A stretch of 47,736 bases of DNA from positions 1-47,736 of the forward strand of contig CAIRMX010000140.1 in assembly GCA_903879805.1 (NCBI GenBank), given 5' to 3'. Numbering within the stretch: position 1 is the stretch's first letter; each line of letters begins with the position of its first letter. This document shows, piece by piece, positions 16,991 to 25,252 of this stretch. The translations under genes were made by a program, and so were the position numbers. This DNA is from an uncultured Alphaproteobacteria bacterium (lineage in GTDB: Bacteria > Pseudomonadota > Alphaproteobacteria > Rickettsiales > UBA1997). The notes beneath the pieces are model-generated. The model was not told the origin of the DNA and ran no database searches. It worked only from the letters and a program-made list of their open reading frames with translations.

Positions 16991-18826
16991 ATGTTTGTGC
17001 CACAAAAGATTAAATGGAAATTTTTTTACCAAAATCAGTGCAGCTTCGAAGCACCAGAAGGCATGAGAATGCTGGCACCATTGCTGCTTAGTCGAGATGC
17101 GCCAAATCAAGCTTACATCAAAGTTTTGCAAAAAATGATGAGTCGTGGTTTTTGCGTTTGCGTACCTTGTGATGAAACCTCTGAAGGTCTTGTTGGCAGT
17201 TTTGACGAAGAAAACATCGATCAATTTTTATCTGAAGCGCGATACAAAACATCAACTTGCGATCTAAAATTTGCAACCGGCCCCTGCCCGACAAATTTAT
17301 TTCCCACCTCTCCCTCTGAAGGTGCGTCACAAGCTATCAGTGCCCTCGAGCATGGTTTTGACATCATTGATTTTTGTGGCGGAATCGGCATCGACCAAAA
17401 ATTAATTTTGGTAAAAGATTATTTTAGAAGCGCCGCACTTCCCGAAAAAAGAAGTAGATTTTGGGGATTTAGCAATGGTTCAGCGCCAATGCTTTATTTA
17501 GGAGATGTCTTGCAAGCAATTCAGTCGAGATCTGCTTCTGATCTTTTTATGGACGAAAGTGCCGACAGAGATTTTGTAATCTCAAAAATGATTGAAGAAA
17601 ATAGAGCCGAAGATTTTGTCGAAAAAACTCTTCTACCGCTCAATGATTTTGCCAAAATAAAATATTCTTCCCAAGCAATTGGCGAGTCGATAAAATTCTA
17701 CGCCGTCAATGCCGAAGCCTTGTTACACAATTTGGACAGCGAAGAAGAATGGTCTCCACCTTTAGGTGAGAAATTTATTTTATCTATTGAGGGAATTTCT
17801 GGTGCTACAGGATTTTCACCTCACGAAGCTTTGGAAAAATTTTTAGCAAAATATCCCCCAGATCAAATTCAGCATATTGAGTTGGGAGAAATAGTAACTT
17901 TGAAATCAATTGGAATGGCGCAAATTGACGGGCAGTTAGTTAGCCCAAATGAAGAGCTAAATGCAGAAATTCTCGCCGAACAAGCAGCAATAAAAGCTAT
18001 TTGCGATCATTACGGAGTTGCTTTGGTGGCCAAAGAAGGCACTAGAACTGGACATGGTTCACATGTCGATCTTGATCCTTCTGATATGCCTTGTTCCATA
18101 TTTTCCAGCATAGCCGAAGATGGTGCATTGCGACTAACTCAGCGCACAAATTTGTTTAATTTAAGCACTCCACAAAAGCCGAGTGATAAAAAGCCAATGA
18201 ATAATTTATCTATCAAACCGCGATGGCAGCTTGATTCAACAGAGCGTCCAAAATTTTTATCAGAAGAAAGCTATAATCCACATTGCGATCCGACTCCAAC
18301 TACTCGCAATTTTGATTTAGAAGTTATCGCAATGAATTCAGAAGCTCATGAAATGTTACAAGGCGGTGCAATCACGCATGAAGTGGTTGGAGGTAAAATG
18401 TACAACGCAATTGAACTCGATTTAAATTTGGAAAAAGGGTTATTTTTGGTGCATGGCGCTTACGGAAGAAATGGCGCTTTTTTGCAAATTCAAGATGCGA
18501 CAATGCGAGGCCGAATGGGAAAAAGTAATATCTCCACAGGAGCTTTGGATCTACCTTTCGTTATTATCGGACACAATCTTTCGCCAGAAATTCCTGTCGA
18601 AAAAGCTCAAGATTTTATCAAATGGAATCAGGCTCTTTTGGTAAAATTTATTGAGCTAAATCAGCTGCACCAAACGCCGATATTTTATATTCGCGAACCT
18701 CTTGCAATCGATTGCGATTTATTCGCTGGACTGGTTAACTTAAGATCGAAAACACCAGTTACCGAAATCCAAACCTCAGAACCATCCACTCAACAAGGCA
18801 AGTCCTCTTCTCATTTTCATGCGTAA
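16991..18826 (+). CDS. hypothetical protein; N-terminal ~375 aa weakly resemble peptidase S66 (LD-carboxypeptidase/MccF-like), C-terminal ~240 aa unknown
   Basis: Long ORF whose stop overlaps the next gene by 8 nt. S66-like landmarks seen by eye: FCGGIG, then WGFSNG 30 aa later, then LSIEGISG and TRTGHGSH. No database confirmation was possible. Confidence 0.55.
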   Translation: MFVPQKIKWKFFYQNQCSFEAPEGMRMLAPLLLSRDAPNQAYIKVLQKMMSRGFCVCVPCDETSEGLVGSFDEENIDQFLSEARYKTSTCDLKFATGPCPTNLFPTSPSEGASQAISALEHGFDIIDFCGGIGIDQKLILVKDYFRSAALPEKRSRFWGFSNGSAPMLYLGDVLQAIQSRSASDLFMDESADRDFVISKMIEENRAEDFVEKTLLPLNDFAKIKYSSQAIGESIKFYAVNAEALLHNLDSEEEWSPPLGEKFILSIEGISGATGFSPHEALEKFLAKYPPDQIQHIELGEIVTLKSIGMAQIDGQLVSPNEELNAEILAEQAAIKAICDHYGVALVAKEGTRTGHGSHVDLDPSDMPCSIFSSIAEDGALRLTQRTNLFNLSTPQKPSDKKPMNNLSIKPRWQLDSTERPKFLSEESYNPHCDPTPTTRNFDLEVIAMNSEAHEMLQGGAITHEVVGGKMYNAIELDLNLEKGLFLVHGAYGRNGAFLQIQDATMRGRMGKSNISTGALDLPFVIIGHNLSPEIPVEKAQDFIKWNQALLVKFIELNQLHQTPIFYIREPLAIDCDLFAGLVNLRSKTPVTEIQTSEPSTQQGKSSSHFHA

Positions 18827-20654
18827 CCACCCTATTCTCTCGATTCGCGACGCGACAATTTCTTTCGCCAAAAAAACGCTTTTTGAAAATTTACATCTCA
18901 ATCTTTTTCCGCGCGATCGCATTTGTTTAATTGGCAAAAATGGTGTGGGAAAAACCAGTTTGATGAATGCCATTGTCGGGCAATTTGATCTTGATTGTGG
19001 CGAGCGCTGGATATCGCCGCACTGCGTTATTGGCTATCTTTCGCAAAGTGAAAAACTACCGCCAAACCGCACGGTTGCTGAATTTATTTTGGAAGGCTTA
19101 AAAATTGACGAGCATAAATCTTACGTTGTGGACATCGTTTGCGATCATTTGCAAATCGATAAAGCGGCGCTTACTCACAATCTTTCGGGTGGTCAAAAAC
19201 GTCGAGTAAATTTGGCGCGAGCTTTGGTTTTAGAGCCGGATATTTTGCTGCTTGATGAGCCAACAAATCACCTCGATTTGCATATTATTCAGTGGTTAGA
19301 AAATTATCTGCAAAACTACCAAGGTGCACTACTCGTGATTTCGCACGATCGCAAATTTTTAGAAAAAGTTTCTAATAAAGTTTTTTGGCTGCGTGCAAAT
19401 AAGCTAAAAGTTAATCAACAAGGCTACAAAGATTTTGACGAATGGTCGCAGCAAATTATCGATCACGAGCAACGTGAATTAATTAATTTGCAGAAGAAAG
19501 TTGGCTTGGAAAGTGGTTGGTTACAAACTGGTGTGACTGGTCGAAGAAAGAGAAATATCGGCCGTCTGCATTATTTGATGGAGCTTAGAACCAAGCTTGA
19601 AGCGCAGAAAAGATTGGTGAAAGCAAATCAGAGTTACATCAAAATTGAATCACAAAAAATTGAAGAAGATGCGCCGCAAGTAATCATTAGTTTTAATAAT
19701 GTGAGTAAAGGTTTTATTGATCCAAAAACCTCAGAAATAAAACCGCTAATTAATAAATTTTCTCTAAAAATTTTGCGCGGCGAAAAAATCGGAATTATCG
19801 GCAAAAACGGCTCAGGAAAATCAACGCTTTTAAAGATGATGATTGGTGAATTAAACCCAGATTCTGGCACAGTAAAACCTGCCCGCGATCTAAACGTTTC
19901 CTACTTCGATCAATCACGCAGTAAAATTCAACCCGACTCAACCATGCAGGAAATTTTATGCGATAGTGGCTCAGATTATGTGCAACTTGCCAATGGCAAA
20001 ACCAGTCACATTTGCGGCTATTTAAAAGATTTTTTGTTTGATCCAAAAGATGTACATACTCTGGCCGGAACCTTGTCTGGCGGGCAACAAAACCGTTTAC
20101 TCTTGGCAAAAACTTTAGCCAATCCCGGTAATTTTATGATTCTCGATGAGCCAACAAATGATCTCGACATGGATAGTTTGGACATGCTGCAAGATTATCT
20201 GATGAAGTATCAAGGCACGCTAATCGTGGTTTCGCACGATCGTGATTTTTTAGACAACGTCGCAACCAGCATTTTAGCTTTTGAAGAAAACGGTGAAATT
20301 ACCACGCATGTTGGCGGATATTCAGACTATCTCGAATATAAAAATCGCAATTTAAAAGCTGCAGAATCACCTGTTATTAAGCGTGTCGAAAGTGAATCAA
20401 CTTTTGTGCAGGAAAAACAAAACTCCTCAAAAAAACTTTCTTACAAATACAAACACGAGCTCGAAAAACTGCCGCAAAAAATCGAAAAACTCGAAAATAA
20501 AATTCGCGAATTAAGCGAAGAGCTTAGCGAGACAGAGGATCGCAACCCCGCAAATCTAGCGCACATCGCAATGGAAATTGCTAAATTTCAGAAGGAATTA
20601 GATGAGTCTGAAGAAAGATGGTTGGAGCTTGAAGAAGCATCATCTGTCTCATAA
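18819..20654 (+). CDS. uup: ABC-F family ATPase (Uup-like), two ABC domains plus C-terminal coiled coil
   Basis: Walker A GKNGVGKTS and GKNGSGKST, signatures LSGGQKRR and LSGGQQNR, no TM domain, and an E/K-rich coiled-coil tail. Confidence 0.85.
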   Translation: MRNHPILSIRDATISFAKKTLFENLHLNLFPRDRICLIGKNGVGKTSLMNAIVGQFDLDCGERWISPHCVIGYLSQSEKLPPNRTVAEFILEGLKIDEHKSYVVDIVCDHLQIDKAALTHNLSGGQKRRVNLARALVLEPDILLLDEPTNHLDLHIIQWLENYLQNYQGALLVISHDRKFLEKVSNKVFWLRANKLKVNQQGYKDFDEWSQQIIDHEQRELINLQKKVGLESGWLQTGVTGRRKRNIGRLHYLMELRTKLEAQKRLVKANQSYIKIESQKIEEDAPQVIISFNNVSKGFIDPKTSEIKPLINKFSLKILRGEKIGIIGKNGSGKSTLLKMMIGELNPDSGTVKPARDLNVSYFDQSRSKIQPDSTMQEILCDSGSDYVQLANGKTSHICGYLKDFLFDPKDVHTLAGTLSGGQQNRLLLAKTLANPGNFMILDEPTNDLDMDSLDMLQDYLMKYQGTLIVVSHDRDFLDNVATSILAFEENGEITTHVGGYSDYLEYKNRNLKAAESPVIKRVESESTFVQEKQNSSKKLSYKYKHELEKLPQKIEKLENKIRELSEELSETEDRNPANLAHIAMEIAKFQKELDESEERWLELEEASSVS

Positions 20655-20767
20655 AGAAATTTATTTAAACAGAACCTTGACTGGAAAAATTACGCACTCT
20701 AATTCGTGCAAACCTCGATAAAAAGATCTTCCACTTAACTAATTTCTAAAACATAAATCACAAAAAT

Positions 20768-21634
20768 ATGAGAAACAAAAAGAGCGCATTTTCGCTAATC
20801 GAAATTTCGATAGTGGTACTTATTATAGGTATCCTAGTTGCCGGCATCACGCAATCTAGCAGACTTATTTCATCTTCAAAAATAGCTACTGCCCAAACTT
20901 TAACTCAAAGCTCTCCTATCAGCTCTAATAAAGGTTTGATGTTGTGGTTAGAAACTTCATCTGAAGCTAGTTTTGCATCATCTGAATCTTCAAACGGCGC
21001 TGCAGTTACAGTTTGGAATGACATTAACTCTCAAAGCACTTCAAAACTTTTCGCCAGAACCAACGCTGCAGGACTTGTAACTTACAAAGCTGCTTCTCCA
21101 ATCGGCGGACTTCCTTCTCTATATTTCGCTGCCAACACTACTGGTATGACTCTTTCTACTACTAGCGCTTCTACAGTTGCTAGTCCAATTGTAAGTGCGG
21201 GATTCACTTTCTTCACAGTTTACAAAGAAGACAGCAACGCTGCTCACTCTGTGTTTTATAACGGAAGTGCGACTACTAACGGTTGGGGATTCATGAATAA
21301 TGGCGCATCTATTAGAAACGTTCAAACTGGTACAACTAACCATGTTGCTGCAACTACACTATACGGAACTAACGCTACAATTTCTTCTGGAACTTTTGAT
21401 GGAACCAACATCGAACTTTTCACAAACGGTGCAGCTGATACTCTAACTGCAGCTACTGCTGCAGTTGCTACTGCAACAACCGGAATGTATATCGGATCAA
21501 AAGACGCTACAACAACTGGCGCTTTCTTGGGATACATCTCTGAAATCGTTATCTTCGACAGCGCTCTAAGAGACGATGATCGTAAAGCTATCGAAGCTTA
21601 CTTAGGTAAAAAATACGGCATTAAAGTTAGCTAG
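20768..21634 (+). CDS. prepilin-type N-terminal methylation-domain protein fused to a LamG/concanavalin-like domain
   Basis: Class III signal MRNKKSA/FSLIEISIVVLIIGILVAGI with Glu at +5. The C-terminus ...FLGYISEIVIFDSALRDDDRKAIEAYLGKKYGI is typical of LamG-type jelly-roll domains. Confidence 0.75.
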   Translation: MRNKKSAFSLIEISIVVLIIGILVAGITQSSRLISSSKIATAQTLTQSSPISSNKGLMLWLETSSEASFASSESSNGAAVTVWNDINSQSTSKLFARTNAAGLVTYKAASPIGGLPSLYFAANTTGMTLSTTSASTVASPIVSAGFTFFTVYKEDSNAAHSVFYNGSATTNGWGFMNNGASIRNVQTGTTNHVAATTLYGTNATISSGTFDGTNIELFTNGAADTLTAATAAVATATTGMYIGSKDATTTGAFLGYISEIVIFDSALRDDDRKAIEAYLGKKYGIKVS

Positions 21635-21660
21635 TTCTTAACTAACTCTTCTTTTTAAAA

Positions 21661-21697
21661 ACCGGATTGTTGCAAAAGCAGCAATCCGGTTTTTTTA
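21661..21697 (+). terminator. rho-independent terminator after the pilin-like gene
   Basis: 13-bp stem accggattgttgc / gcagcaatccggt (one G-U pair), AAAA loop, followed by T7. An A-run precedes it, so it could work in both directions. Confidence 0.75.
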
Positions 21698-21727
21698 TGT
21701 CTGAAGGAAAACTAACCCACCCTTGAT

Positions 21728-21811
21728 GTCACCCCGTCGAATGACGGGGTCCATCTCGTCACGGTTTATGAGTTTCTTCTGAGCTTGAGGCGCCATGGAC
21801 CCCGGGGTAAC
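21728..21811. repeat. palindromic element, family A (right arm degenerate)
   Basis: gtcaccccgtcgaatgacggggtccatctcgtcac is identical to the arm consensus at 22955-22989 (complement) and at 33622-33651. The right arm is reduced to catggaccccggggtaac. Confidence 0.8.
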
Positions 21812-21821
21812 AACTTAAAAA

Positions 21822-22877
21822 TTAGAGAAGACCAAGCTCCCATCTAGCGCGCGGCTTAAAATTTAGATCATCTTTCATCCCGAGTCTGAGCTTTTCTAAC
21901 CCAGCCCACGCAACCATCGCAGCATTATCTGTACAAAGCGCAATTGGAGGCGCTACAACTTCTAAATCATGTTTCTTTGACCAGTTTTGCAGTGCTGAAA
22001 AAATGCAGCGATTAGCCGCAACTCCGCCAGCAATCACCAGCTTTTTCACTAGCCTTTCTCTTAGATCAACATTCTCTAATCTATTAACGATAATCTCGCA
22101 AACCACTCGCTGAAATGAGGCGCAGATATCTGCTTTATCTTGTTCAAGAATTTTTTGGGGTGACGTCAGGTGCGAAAAATCTTCATTAATTAATTTTTCA
22201 ATTTCACGACGCACTGCGGTTTTAAGTCCTGAAAATGAAAAATTGCAAAGATGCTCTTTCTTCAAAAATCCATCGATCAAAGGACGCGAAAATTTAAAAC
22301 GATTTTCATCGCCGCTTTTAGCCATTTTCTCAACTGCTGGACCACCGGGATAAGAAAGCCCCAACATTTGCGCCACCTTATCAAAAGCCTCACCCAAAGC
22401 GTCATCAATCGTCTCACCAATCTTTTCGTAATCGCCAATTCCACGCGCCAACAAAATTTGGCAATGGCCGCCAGAAATTAACAAAAGCAAATAAGGAAAT
22501 TCTAAATCAGAAGTAAGTCGCGCTGTCAAGGCGTGAGCCTCAAGGTGATTTACCGCAATAAAAGGTTTTTGAAAAACCGAGGCTAAAGTTTTCGCCGCCA
22601 TCATGCCAACAATCACGCCGCCGATTAGACCAGGGCCGGAAGTTGCAGCGAAGCCATCAATATCTTCAAACTTTAAATTAGCGTCAGATAAAGCCTGCAA
22701 AATCAAATCATCTAAAACTTCAACGTGACCGCGCGCCGCAAGTTCTGGCACCACTCCACCAAATTTTTTATGCAGCTCAATTTGTGAGTTTAAAACGTGA
22801 GCGAGAATGTTTTTTTGCTCGTCGATTATTGCGACAGCAGTTTCATCGCAGGAGGTTTCAATGCCGAGAATTTTCAT
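21822..22877 (-). CDS. tsaD: tRNA N6-adenosine threonylcarbamoyltransferase TsaD
   Basis: MKILGIETSCDETAVAI, VNHLEAH and GGVAAN motifs; 351 aa. Confidence 0.95.
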   Translation of the reverse strand: MKILGIETSCDETAVAIIDEQKNILAHVLNSQIELHKKFGGVVPELAARGHVEVLDDLILQALSDANLKFEDIDGFAATSGPGLIGGVIVGMMAAKTLASVFQKPFIAVNHLEAHALTARLTSDLEFPYLLLLISGGHCQILLARGIGDYEKIGETIDDALGEAFDKVAQMLGLSYPGGPAVEKMAKSGDENRFKFSRPLIDGFLKKEHLCNFSFSGLKTAVRREIEKLINEDFSHLTSPQKILEQDKADICASFQRVVCEIIVNRLENVDLRERLVKKLVIAGGVAANRCIFSALQNWSKKHDLEVVAPPIALCTDNAAMVAWAGLEKLRLGMKDDLNFKPRARWELGLL

Positions 22878-22903
22878 TTTGTGGTTTTTTAAATAATATC
22901 ACG

Positions 22904-22989
22904 ACCCCCCATTGTCACCCCGTCGAATGACGGGGTCCACAGTCCAAGATATTTGATCTTTTGTGTGACGAGATGGACCCCGTCATTCG
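22904..22989. repeat. palindromic element, family A (complete copy)
   Basis: Left arm gtcaccccgtcgaatgacggggtccac (from 22904) and right arm gtgacgagatggaccccgtcattcgacggggtgac (to 22989). Each arm contains a 7-bp stem, ccccgtc-gaat-gacgggg. Confidence 0.85.
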
Positions 22990-23025
22990 ACGGGGTGACA
23001 AATTAAAAAAGACGAAAATTAGTTC

Positions 23026-24453
23026 CTAATGATGATAAACATCCAAATTTCCAAAGCGCGTAAACTCGCCGTCAAAAAATAAATTCACGCTGCCAACTGG
23101 GCCATTACGCTGTTTGGCGATGATGACCTCGGCCAAATGGCGCAACTCATTCATTTTCTGATTCCACTCGCCAAATTTCGGATCGGTTTCTGGCGGCTTC
23201 TTTCTTTCATGATAATAACTGTCGCGATAAACAAAGGCCACCACGTCAGCATCTTGCTCGATCGAACCCGATTCACGCAAATCTGAAAGTTGTGGGCGCT
23301 TATCTTCACGCTGCTCAACCGCACGCGATAATTGCGACAAAGCCATCACCGGAATATTAAATTCTTTGGCAATCGCCTTTAAACCTTGAGTGATTTCAGA
23401 AACTTCCTGCACGCGATTATCTTGACCTCGCGCTGAAACGCCACGAATTAGCTGCAAATAATCCACAATCAAAAGTGATAAATTATGCTTACGAACCATG
23501 CGGCGCGCACGGGTGCGAATTGCTGAAATTGAAAGTGCCGGAGTGTCATCAATAAAAAGCGGCATTTTAGAAATCTCGGCAGAGCGCATGGCAACAGCTT
23601 CCCACTCGTGATCGTTTAATTGTCCGGTTCTGAATTTGCCGGCATTGATACTCGTTTCCATCGACAAGATTCTTGATGCCAATTGGTCGGAAGACATTTC
23701 CAGCGAGAAAAATCCTACCGCTTTTTTGTCTTTTTGTTCAGTAACATCTTTGTTCATAAATTTGCAGGCGTTAACCGCGATATTTACGCCGAGCGCCGTT
23801 TTTCCCATTGAAGGACGTCCCGCCAAAATGATTAAATCAGATTGCTGCATGCCGCCAAGAATTTTATCTAGATCGGTAAGTCCGCTTGAAACGCCACTAA
23901 TGTGGGCGCCGCGTTGTTTTGCAATTAAAGTTTTATCGAGCGTTTCTTTTAGCGAAACCGAAATGCTGCGAAAATCGCTGCGACCATTTCCATGCTCTGA
24001 AAGCTTGAAAAGACTAGATTCAGCGAGTTCGATTTGGTCGCTTGCTGAAGTTTTTTCTTCCGCCTTAAAAACGCGATTCACGATATCTTCGCCAACCATT
24101 GATAATTCACGCTTCAAAGCCAAGTCGTGAATCAAACGCCCGTAATCTGCAATATCAATAATTGAAGAAGCCGCGCCCAAAAGCGTTGAAAGATAAAGCG
24201 CGCCGCCAGTTGCTTTTACGGCTTCGTCTGATTCGAAAAATTGTTTAAGAGTAACTTGGTTGGCAACGATTTGCACCTTCTCAACATTGTGCAAAATCTG
24301 CGAAAAAATATTGCGATGCGCCGGCTCGTAGAAATGCTCTTCACGCAAAAATTCTGAAACACGATTTAAATATTCGTTGTTCAAAATAATAGTGCCAAGC
24401 ACCGCCTGCTCTGCTTCGATGTTAAAAAGTTCTTTGCGAGTTTGAGTTGTCAT
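23026..24453 (-). CDS. dnaB: replicative DNA helicase DnaB
   Basis: N-terminal EAEQAVLGTIILNNE, Walker A GRPSMGKTALGVN, LIIVDYLQL, and the C-terminal IIAKQRNGPVG. I prefer the ATG at 24453 (MTTQTRKEL) to the TTG at 24516. Confidence 0.93.
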   Translation of the reverse strand: MTTQTRKELFNIEAEQAVLGTIILNNEYLNRVSEFLREEHFYEPAHRNIFSQILHNVEKVQIVANQVTLKQFFESDEAVKATGGALYLSTLLGAASSIIDIADYGRLIHDLALKRELSMVGEDIVNRVFKAEEKTSASDQIELAESSLFKLSEHGNGRSDFRSISVSLKETLDKTLIAKQRGAHISGVSSGLTDLDKILGGMQQSDLIILAGRPSMGKTALGVNIAVNACKFMNKDVTEQKDKKAVGFFSLEMSSDQLASRILSMETSINAGKFRTGQLNDHEWEAVAMRSAEISKMPLFIDDTPALSISAIRTRARRMVRKHNLSLLIVDYLQLIRGVSARGQDNRVQEVSEITQGLKAIAKEFNIPVMALSQLSRAVEQREDKRPQLSDLRESGSIEQDADVVAFVYRDSYYHERKKPPETDPKFGEWNQKMNELRHLAEVIIAKQRNGPVGSVNLFFDGEFTRFGNLDVYHH

Positions 24454-24591
24454 CTGGGGAGAAATCGTTTTAAAAAAAGGGAGGCTAAAGATATTGAGGG
24501 CTTTTGTCAGCTTCAACCAAATTTTATTTTAAAATTACAAAGCCGCTTTAAATAATTTTTAAAAATTGAAAAAAATTTTACAGCGATAATC

Positions 24592-25113
24592 TTAATTCAC
24601 CCTTCTCTTCTCTAGCTTTCGCGCCAGAGTTCTGCGATGCATTCCCAGAATTCTAGCCGCTTCTGAAATGTTAAAATCAGACTCGATTAAAGTTTGATGT
24701 ATGTACTCCCATTCGATATTTTTAATCGAAGTTTTTTTACCAACCTTATCCTCAACAACCCCGTCAAAAGCCGCAATTATCGCATCAACATTGGCGGGTT
24801 TTGCTAGGTAGTAGCAAGCTCCCAACTTAATCGCCTCAATTGTTGTGGTGATGCTAGCGTAACCTGTAAGCATTACAATTTTGATTGAAGCGTCAAATTC
24901 GTGAAGCTGACGAATGCACTCTAAGCCTGAATCGCCGGGCATTTTTAAATCAACTACTGCAAAACGCGGATGAAAAATTTTTAAAGCGGCAATCGCTTCT
25001 TTGCTGCTCTGCGCAATTTTTACTTCAAAATCGCGGCGAGCAAAAGACTTGCCAAGGCTTGTCGCCAAAGCCTGGTCGTCTTCTACAATCAAAACTGTTT
25101 TAAGATTTTTCAT
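24592..25113 (-). CDS. regA: two-component response regulator, RegA/ActR/PrrA type (receiver + Fis-type HTH)
   Basis: Receiver domain with VVDLKMPGDSG, and the C-terminal HTH NISEAARILGMHRRTLARKLEKR typical of RegA-family regulators. Confidence 0.85.
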   Translation of the reverse strand: MKNLKTVLIVEDDQALATSLGKSFARRDFEVKIAQSSKEAIAALKIFHPRFAVVDLKMPGDSGLECIRQLHEFDASIKIVMLTGYASITTTIEAIKLGACYYLAKPANVDAIIAAFDGVVEDKVGKKTSIKNIEWEYIHQTLIESDFNISEAARILGMHRRTLARKLEKRRVN

Positions 25114-25147
25114 AAAAAAAATGAATTTGATTCAAGAAGCCAAGCAA

Positions 25148-25239
25148 GAGATCCTGAAACAAGTTCGGGATGACTTAGAAGATAGACAATGAGATCTAGT
25201 CGCACCCACCGCGTCATCCTGAACTTGTTTCAGGATCTC
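25148..25239. repeat. palindromic element, family D, between regB and regA
   Basis: 27-bp arms gagatcctgaaacaagttcgggatgac (25148-25174) and gtcatcctgaacttgtttcaggatctc (25213-25239), perfect complements apart from one position. Confidence 0.85.
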
Positions 25240-25252
25240 TTACCAATTTGTT

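Noticed and set aside
20677-20705. Sigma-70-like promoter TTGACT-N17-TAATTC upstream of the pilin-like gene (and TTGTAA-N17-TAGTTT at 30117-30145 upstream of sdhC)
   Set aside because: The -35 boxes are good but the -10 boxes match TATAAT at only 2-3 positions. In AT-rich DNA such matches are common, so I did not report them as features.
23636-24130. 164-aa plus-strand ORF antisense to dnaB
   Set aside because: It lies entirely within the strongly supported dnaB gene, has a low-complexity Ser/Leu-rich translation and no start context. This is a typical shadow ORF.
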